This document shows, piece after piece, positions 58,396 through 64,000 of a DNA stretch of 64,000 nt; positions within the stretch are counted from its first letter, which is position 1, and each line of letters begins with the position of its first letter. This DNA is from Planctomycetota bacterium (lineage in GTDB: Bacteria; Planctomycetota; UBA1135; UBA2386), in NCBI GenBank assembly GCA_965223545.1, contig OZ245006.1, positions 3,488,001 to 3,552,000 of the forward strand, written 5' to 3'. A model generated the notes under the pieces. That model did not search any database and was not told the DNA's origin. It saw only the letters and a list, made by a program, of their open reading frames with translations. A program made the position numbers and the translations under genes.

Positions 58396-59034
58396 ATGTC
58401 CGTGAGCACCGCGGAACGACCGCTCGCCCTACGCCTCTTCGCCGGCGCAGACGCCCTTCGCATCGAGCCGAACGCCCACCACCCCGCCCTCGACGACTTC
58501 TTGCGGCGGGTCGGCGCGGAGGCCATCACCGTGCTGCCGCTGCTCGACCTCGCCTGCTCCGAGAACCAACTCGAGGCGCACCGCAAGAAGCCGCGGCAAC
58601 GGCTGCGCAAGCTCGGCGCCGGCGAGTGGCACGCCGCCGAGATCGAAGTGACGGCCGATCGCGTCGTGCCCGCCGTCTACGCCCTCGACCTGCCCCACGA
58701 CCGGGCTCGCACCATCGGTGCACGGCTCGGAGTCTCCGACTTCTACCGGGCCCGCGTCGCGACGCCGGTCGAGGTGCTATCGGTCGAAGCCGGCGGCCAC
58801 CCCACCGATTGGCACAAGCTGCGCAGCGGTGCGATGCATGGCATTCGCGACATGGTGCGCGTGCTGCGCGCGGGACCGGTCAGCGGGGCGCCGCGATGGC
58901 GAAGCCGATGCTCCTCGCCGCCCTCGCGGCAGGTGCTGTCACCTGCGCCGCCGCGGCGGTGGGTGTGCTCCCCGGCGCCGAGGACCGCAGCCGCGCAGCC
59001 GCCGGCTTGCGCTTTCTGTTGCATCCCGTGGTGA
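58396..59034 (+). CDS. Hypothetical protein (weak DUF3293-like); may be frameshifted into the next ORF
   Basis: Protein-like until ~58905, then a low-complexity tail overlapping the next ORF. Confidence 0.45.
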   Translation: MSVSTAERPLALRLFAGADALRIEPNAHHPALDDFLRRVGAEAITVLPLLDLACSENQLEAHRKKPRQRLRKLGAGEWHAAEIEVTADRVVPAVYALDLPHDRARTIGARLGVSDFYRARVATPVEVLSVEAGGHPTDWHKLRSGAMHGIRDMVRVLRAGPVSGAPRWRSRCSSPPSRQVLSPAPPRRWVCSPAPRTAAAQPPACAFCCIPW

Positions 59035-59552
59035 TCCCCGCGCTCTGTCTGGCCCTCCACGTGCGATTGCGGTGCCGGCCAACGGCGCAAGCCGACCATC
59101 GATGGCAGCGGATCGCGCACCCGTTGTTGGGGACCTGGCTGGTCGCGCTCATCGCGGTCGGCCTGCTGGTCGCGGCGCGCCACATGGTGACCGGCGAGCT
59201 GCGGGTGGCGGAGTGGCTGGACGACGCGACCTTCCAAGGGCTGCTGGTGCTCTGGTTCATCACTCCGTTCGCCTGGAGCCGCAGCGCGGCCGCGGCGGCA
59301 AGCGCCGGCCTCGACAGCGCGCTGACCATGATCGTGTCCCTGGTCGTGCTCAAGGTGACGGTGGCATTGACCGGAATCGTCAGCAAGATCGTGTGGAAGA
59401 TCGTCGACTCGATCGTGCCGGTGGAGATTCCCGAGCTCGTGCGCGGGCTGTTCGACGTGGCACTGGCGGTCGGCGCGCAGCTCACCCTGTTCGTCGCCGT
59501 GCTCGGCTTCAGCTGGATGAAGGCCAGAGAGCAAGCTCGTACGGCGATGTGA
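58896..59552 (+). CDS. Hypothetical multi-TM membrane protein (or the C-terminal part of a frameshifted gene)
   Basis: About 6 hydrophobic helices. Confidence 0.6.
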   Translation: MAKPMLLAALAAGAVTCAAAAVGVLPGAEDRSRAAAGLRFLLHPVVIPALCLALHVRLRCRPTAQADHRWQRIAHPLLGTWLVALIAVGLLVAARHMVTGELRVAEWLDDATFQGLLVLWFITPFAWSRSAAAAASAGLDSALTMIVSLVVLKVTVALTGIVSKIVWKIVDSIVPVEIPELVRGLFDVALAVGAQLTLFVAVLGFSWMKAREQARTAM

Positions 59553-59616
59553 CCCCTCGAGCCGACTGACATTGACCTCGTCAGCGGGTGGACCGCGGAG
59601 TACGGTCGCCGTAACC

Positions 59617-61035
59617 ATGCTGCGCCCTGTCTCGCTCATCCTGGCAGGTCTGCTCGCCGCCTGCACGGTCGGACCCGACTACGTCCCTCCCCAACCGGAG
59701 GTCCCGGCCTCGTGGCACGAGCCGCTCTTCGAGGGCGCCTCGACCGAGGACTTCGCGGCAACCGAGTGGTGGAGCCAGCTCGAGGACGACACGTTGACCG
59801 CGCTCATCCGACGCGGCGTCGAGAACAGCCCGACGCTGGCGCAGGCGTTCGCGCGCGTGCTGCAGAGCCACGCGGTCCGCGGCCAGGTCGCTGGCGCTTT
59901 CGTCCCCGACGTCGACGCGCAGGGCAGCTACTCGCGATCGCGCAGCAGCGAGACCCTGCTCGGCGTGCCGGTGCAGGACAGCAGCACCTGGAATGTCGGC
60001 CTGACCATGTTTTGGGAGATCGACCTGTTCGGCCGGCTCCGCCGCTCGCTCGAGTCGGCGGATGCCGCGCTGCAGGCCGACGTCGAGCTGTATCGCGACG
60101 TGCTGACCTCGCTGCAGGCGGAGATCGCCACCGCGTACGTCCGCGTCCGCACTCTGCAACGCCGCCTTCAGCTGGCCCAGGCCAACGTCACCTCGCAGAC
60201 CGCCAGCCGGGATCTCGCACAGGCACGCTTCGAGACCGAAGTCGCGCCGGAGCTCGACGTGGTGCAAGGCGCATCCAACCTGGCCAACACCGAGGCACAG
60301 CTGCCGCTGCTGCGGCTCGCACTCGCGCAAACCAGACACCGGCTGGCGACCCTGCTCGGCCTGCACGCCGAGCAGCTGCCGGCGCAGATCGGCGAACCCG
60401 CGCCGATTCCGACGCCGCCGCAGCAGATCGCGATCGGTTTGCCCACCGAGCTGCTGCGGCGGCGGCCCGACGTGCGCGCCGCCGAGCGCGTTCTGGCGGC
60501 CCAGTTCGCCCAGATCGGCGTCGCCGAGGCGTTGCGCTACCCGCAGATCAGTCTGCTCGGCAGCATCGGCCTCGCCAGCCCGCAGCTCGACCAGCTCGCG
60601 CGGCGCGACAGCCGCACGTTCTCGATCCAACCAGGCCTCGCCTGGAACTTGTTCGACGGTGGCCGGGTCCGCGGCGCCGTCGCCGAGCGGGAGGCGCTCG
60701 CGCAGGAGGCACGGCTGCGCTTCGCCAACACCGTGCTGTTGGCCAACGAAGAGGTCGAGGGCGCGATCGCCGCCTTCCGCGAGCAGCGCGTGCGCAGCGA
60801 CGCGCTGCGCCGCGTGGTCGACGCCTCGCGGCGCGCCTCCGAGCTGGCGCAGCAGCTCTACCGCGACGGCCTCAGCGACTTTCAAAACGTGCTCGACGCC
60901 CAACGCACCCTGTTTGCGGCCGAGGACGCCCTGGCGCAGAGCCAAGGCGACCAGGCCGAAGCCGCGATCCAGCTGTTCCGCGCCCTCGGCGGCGGCTGGA
61001 CCCCACCAGAGACACAAACCGGAGATCAACCGTGA
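59617..61035 (+). CDS. Efflux outer-membrane factor (TolC/NodT/OprM family lipoprotein)
   Basis: LAACTVGPDY, WW..L.D..L, WEIDLFG, LLRRRPDVRAAE, LFRALGGGW. Confidence 0.95.
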   Translation: MLRPVSLILAGLLAACTVGPDYVPPQPEVPASWHEPLFEGASTEDFAATEWWSQLEDDTLTALIRRGVENSPTLAQAFARVLQSHAVRGQVAGAFVPDVDAQGSYSRSRSSETLLGVPVQDSSTWNVGLTMFWEIDLFGRLRRSLESADAALQADVELYRDVLTSLQAEIATAYVRVRTLQRRLQLAQANVTSQTASRDLAQARFETEVAPELDVVQGASNLANTEAQLPLLRLALAQTRHRLATLLGLHAEQLPAQIGEPAPIPTPPQQIAIGLPTELLRRRPDVRAAERVLAAQFAQIGVAEALRYPQISLLGSIGLASPQLDQLARRDSRTFSIQPGLAWNLFDGGRVRGAVAEREALAQEARLRFANTVLLANEEVEGAIAAFREQRVRSDALRRVVDASRRASELAQQLYRDGLSDFQNVLDAQRTLFAAEDALAQSQGDQAEAAIQLFRALGGGWTPPETQTGDQP

Positions 61036-62678
61036 GCACCGCCAAAGAACGCGCCACGGCGCTGTCCGTCCTGCTGCTCGCCGCCGCGTGTGACGAACCG
61101 GTGGCCGAAGCCGAAGTCCTGCCACCGCGGGCAGTGGTCGCCGTCGAGCAGCGCATCGTCGACCTGGCCCGTAGCACGCGCGTGGCGGGGACCACCGTGG
61201 CCTGGAAGGAAGAGCATCTGTCCTTCGAGCTCGCCGGCCGCGTGACTTGGGTCATCGAGCCGGAGACCACGGTCCGCGGCCCCAGCGTCGGCGACGACTA
61301 CGAGCGCGGCAACGACGGCCAAGTCATCGCCCGCATCGACCCCGAGCGCTACGAGAGCGCCCTGACAACCGCAAAGGCGGCGATGGCCTCGGCACGGGCA
61401 CAGCTCGCCTCGACGCGCGAGCAGCTCGAGCAAGTGCTGCCCAAGCAACGGGCACAGGCACAGGCCGAGCTCGAACGCAGCGAGTCGAACTTGGCGCGCA
61501 TGGAGAGCGCGCTGGAACGCAACGCGGTGGCGCCGACCGTCGTCACCGACGCGCGCGCCGCTTATCAATCGGCGGCGGCCGCCGTCGAGCGCATCGACGG
61601 CGAGCTCGCTTCGCTGAAGAGTCAGATCGACGGCCTCCAGGCGCAGGTCGACCAAGCCGAGCAGGCAGTGCACCGCGCCGAGCTCGACCTGCGCGACACC
61701 GAGCTGCGGGCACCGTTCGACGGCCGCATCACCGAAGTCGCGCTGGTGCCCGGCGCGCTGGTGCAGCCCGGCGCGCCGGTCGCCCAGCTGGTGATGATGG
61801 ACCCGGTCAAGATCGAGGTCACGGTGTCCAGCGAGACCGATCGTCAGCTGCGCACCAAGGACATGGTGACGATCCACACCGCCGACGGGACCGCGCTGCC
61901 CGCCGGTGTCTACCAGCGCGGATCGACCACCGACACGGCGACGCGCACGGTGCAGCTGACCCTGATGGCGCGCAACCCGACGGTCGGAGAACGCATCGAC
62001 GACGCGGTGCCGGTCGAAGACGTGATGCCCCTGATCGAGTTTCAGACCGAAGATGGACCCCGCTGGTTCGTCGAGCGGCGTTGTATCCACCAGGATGCAT
62101 CGGGCCACTACGTGTGGCGCGCCACCGAGCCGCGCGGCCGCCGGCTCACCGGCATTCCGATCGCGGTCGAGCGCTACGATCTCCAGCTGGGGCCGGCACG
62201 CCGCAACTTCGTCGGTCTGTACCACTTCGCCGAGGTGACAGAGACCGACGACCTCGAACGCCTGCTCGAGGGCGCTCCCGGCATCAGCGTCGACCGCTTG
62301 ATGATCGCGGTCGGCGCGCCCGACGACTTCGCCGGCGGCGACGTCGTCGTGCTCGACAAGCGGTGGGTTCTGCGCCCCGGCGACGTCGTCGACGTGCAGC
62401 TCGAGCCCGAGGCACACCCGCCGGGAGTGTTCGTGCCGGCCTCCGCGATCGTCCGCGACGGGGAGCGCGCGTTCGTCTACGTCGTGGAACCCGATGGATC
62501 GCAGGGCATCCTGCGACGGACCGAAGTCGCGCTCGGCGCCGGCACCGGCGCGCTGCTCCGCATCGGCGACCGACCGGTCGCCGGCGGCCACCCGATCGTC
62601 GCCACCGGCACCCACGTGCTGCGCGACGGGAGCGCGGTCCAGATCTCGACGTTGCAGGACGTGCAGGCCGACGGATGA
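61032..62678 (+). CDS. RND efflux periplasmic adaptor (MFP) with a long coiled coil
   Basis: GTG start overlaps the OMF stop; lipobox LAAAC; SFELAGRV, LRAPFDGRI, VPASAI, GTHVLRDG. Confidence 0.88.
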   Translation: MSTAKERATALSVLLLAAACDEPVAEAEVLPPRAVVAVEQRIVDLARSTRVAGTTVAWKEEHLSFELAGRVTWVIEPETTVRGPSVGDDYERGNDGQVIARIDPERYESALTTAKAAMASARAQLASTREQLEQVLPKQRAQAQAELERSESNLARMESALERNAVAPTVVTDARAAYQSAAAAVERIDGELASLKSQIDGLQAQVDQAEQAVHRAELDLRDTELRAPFDGRITEVALVPGALVQPGAPVAQLVMMDPVKIEVTVSSETDRQLRTKDMVTIHTADGTALPAGVYQRGSTTDTATRTVQLTLMARNPTVGERIDDAVPVEDVMPLIEFQTEDGPRWFVERRCIHQDASGHYVWRATEPRGRRLTGIPIAVERYDLQLGPARRNFVGLYHFAEVTETDDLERLLEGAPGISVDRLMIAVGAPDDFAGGDVVVLDKRWVLRPGDVVDVQLEPEAHPPGVFVPASAIVRDGERAFVYVVEPDGSQGILRRTEVALGAGTGALLRIGDRPVAGGHPIVATGTHVLRDGSAVQISTLQDVQADG

Positions 62679-64000
62679 GGATCCCCGCCTTCGCCCTGCG
62701 CAACCGGGTCACCGTCAGCGTCGCCGTCGCGATGCTGTGCGCGTGGGGAGTGATGTCATTCTCGAGCTCGCCGCGGCGCGAGACGCCGGAGTTCACCATC
62801 CGCGTCTGCGTGGTCACGACGCTGTGGCCTGGAGCCACGGTCGAGAAGGTCGAGCAGCTGGTCGCCGACCCGCTGGAGGAAGCCGTCGCGTCGATCGACG
62901 AGGTCGATCGCATCGATACCGACGTCCGCCCCGGTCAAGCGGTGATTCGCGTGACGATCGACGATCAAACCCCGGCGGACGCGATCGCGAACCTCTGGGA
63001 CGAAGTCCGCGCCGAGGTCGCCAAGGTTGCACTGCCCACCGCGGAGGGCTGCCGTGATCCGATCGTCAACTCCAACTTCGGCGACACCGCTGTGTGGCTG
63101 CTCGCGGTACACCAGGACAGCGCGGCCGCTGCGGTCCATCGCTACGACGCCCGACAGCTCGAAGTCTTCGCCGAGATGGTGCGCGACGATCTCAAGCTGG
63201 TCGACGGCGTGGCGGACGCCCAGCTGTGGGGCGTGCAGCGCGAGACGATCTACCTGGAGAGCGACCCGCGCAGCTGGTCGAAGCTCGGGCTCACGGTGGA
63301 TGGGCTCGCCGCGCGGCTGGCGCAGCGCAACATCGTCACCAGCGGCGGCACGATGCACCTCGCCGAAGGACAGGTGACCCTGAAGCCGACCGGCGACTAC
63401 TCGACGGTCGATCAGATCCGCGATCTGGTCACCGGCTACGACGCCAACGGCAACCCGATCCGGCTGCGCGACGTCGGCATCCACGTCCGCCGCGCGTTCG
63501 AGGAGCCGAGTCCGATGCGCGCGCGCTACACGTCGCTCGACTCCGACGATGGCGCCGACGGCGTCGCCGCAGTGGTGATCGCCGTCACCATGAAGTCGGG
63601 GCACAACGTCGTCGAGCTCGGCGAGCGGCTCACGGTCGCCACCGAGCGCTCGCGGCTGACACGGCTGCCGGCCGACGTGCGCACTCGGCTCGTGATCGAC
63701 ACGCCGACAAAGGTGCGTGACACCATCGACACGTTCGTCGTCAACCTGGGCCAGTCCATCGGACTCGTGCTGCTCGTCGCCGTCCTGCTGATCGGCGTGC
63801 GCATCGCCGTGATCATGGCGGCGGCGATCCCGGTGGTGATGCTCGGCACGTTCGCGCTGATGAGACTGTTCGATGTCGAGCTCGAGCAGATCTCGATCGC
63901 CGCGCTGATCATCGCGCTGGGCATGCTCGTCGACAACGCGATCGAGGTCGCCGACAACGTGCACCGCCTGCTCGGCGAGGGCATGCCGCGCCGCAAGGCG
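62675..64000 (+). CDS. RND efflux permease (AcrB/AcrD/AcrF family), 3'-partial
   Basis: ATGA overlap with the MFP; PRRETPEFTI, WPGATVEKVEQLVADPLEE, ALIIALGMLVDNAI; runs off the window, so absent from the ORF track. Confidence 0.93.
   Translation, partial: MRIPAFALRNRVTVSVAVAMLCAWGVMSFSSSPRRETPEFTIRVCVVTTLWPGATVEKVEQLVADPLEEAVASIDEVDRIDTDVRPGQAVIRVTIDDQTPADAIANLWDEVRAEVAKVALPTAEGCRDPIVNSNFGDTAVWLLAVHQDSAAAAVHRYDARQLEVFAEMVRDDLKLVDGVADAQLWGVQRETIYLESDPRSWSKLGLTVDGLAARLAQRNIVTSGGTMHLAEGQVTLKPTGDYSTVDQIRDLVTGYDANGNPIRLRDVGIHVRRAFEEPSPMRARYTSLDSDDGADGVAAVVIAVTMKSGHNVVELGERLTVATERSRLTRLPADVRTRLVIDTPTKVRDTIDTFVVNLGQSIGLVLLVAVLLIGVRIAVIMAAAIPVVMLGTFALMRLFDVELEQISIAALIIALGMLVDNAIEVADNVHRLLGEGMPRRKA

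Noticed and set aside
55147..59034. RecQ + MTase as a defence island
   Set aside because: RecQ has the canonical housekeeping architecture, and no nuclease, ATPase or mobility genes are recognisable nearby.

Overview
High-GC (roughly 70% by eye), densely coding bacterial chromosome segment. It is most consistent with an uncultured Planctomycetota lineage: sulfatase, CRTAC1/ASPIC, PQQ-propeller, carboxypeptidase-regulatory-like and PTPMT1-like genes, plus many secreted Gly/Pro-rich proteins. There are about 50 CDS and no rRNA, convincing tRNA, CRISPR array, integrase or transposase. Recognisable housekeeping genes include rpmG, recQ, ogt, pyrK, an ABC-F ATPase, an acyl-CoA carboxylase beta subunit, an acyl-CoA catabolic trio, a cytochrome c peroxidase, an orphan DNA MTase and a TolC-MFP-RND pump (truncated at the window end). 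Main points of interest: (1) a secreted TlpA/thioredoxin-like gene with an in-frame TGA exactly at the catalytic CxxC position (W-U-R-P-C), a probable selenoprotein split by the ORF caller; (2) an orphan CheY-like + MotA + MotB locus whose MotB periplasmic domain has lost the peptidoglycan-binding motifs; (3) a shared ~110-130 aa beta-rich domain in five unrelated exported proteins, a candidate sorting/anchoring domain; (4) a divergent SBP / SBP-VWA / PspA-like / membrane coiled-coil cassette; (5) a perfect 44-bp-arm palindrome with a related short palindrome 3 kb away, and several structured intergenic regions including an sRNA candidate. All family assignments come from motif recognition, not database searches.
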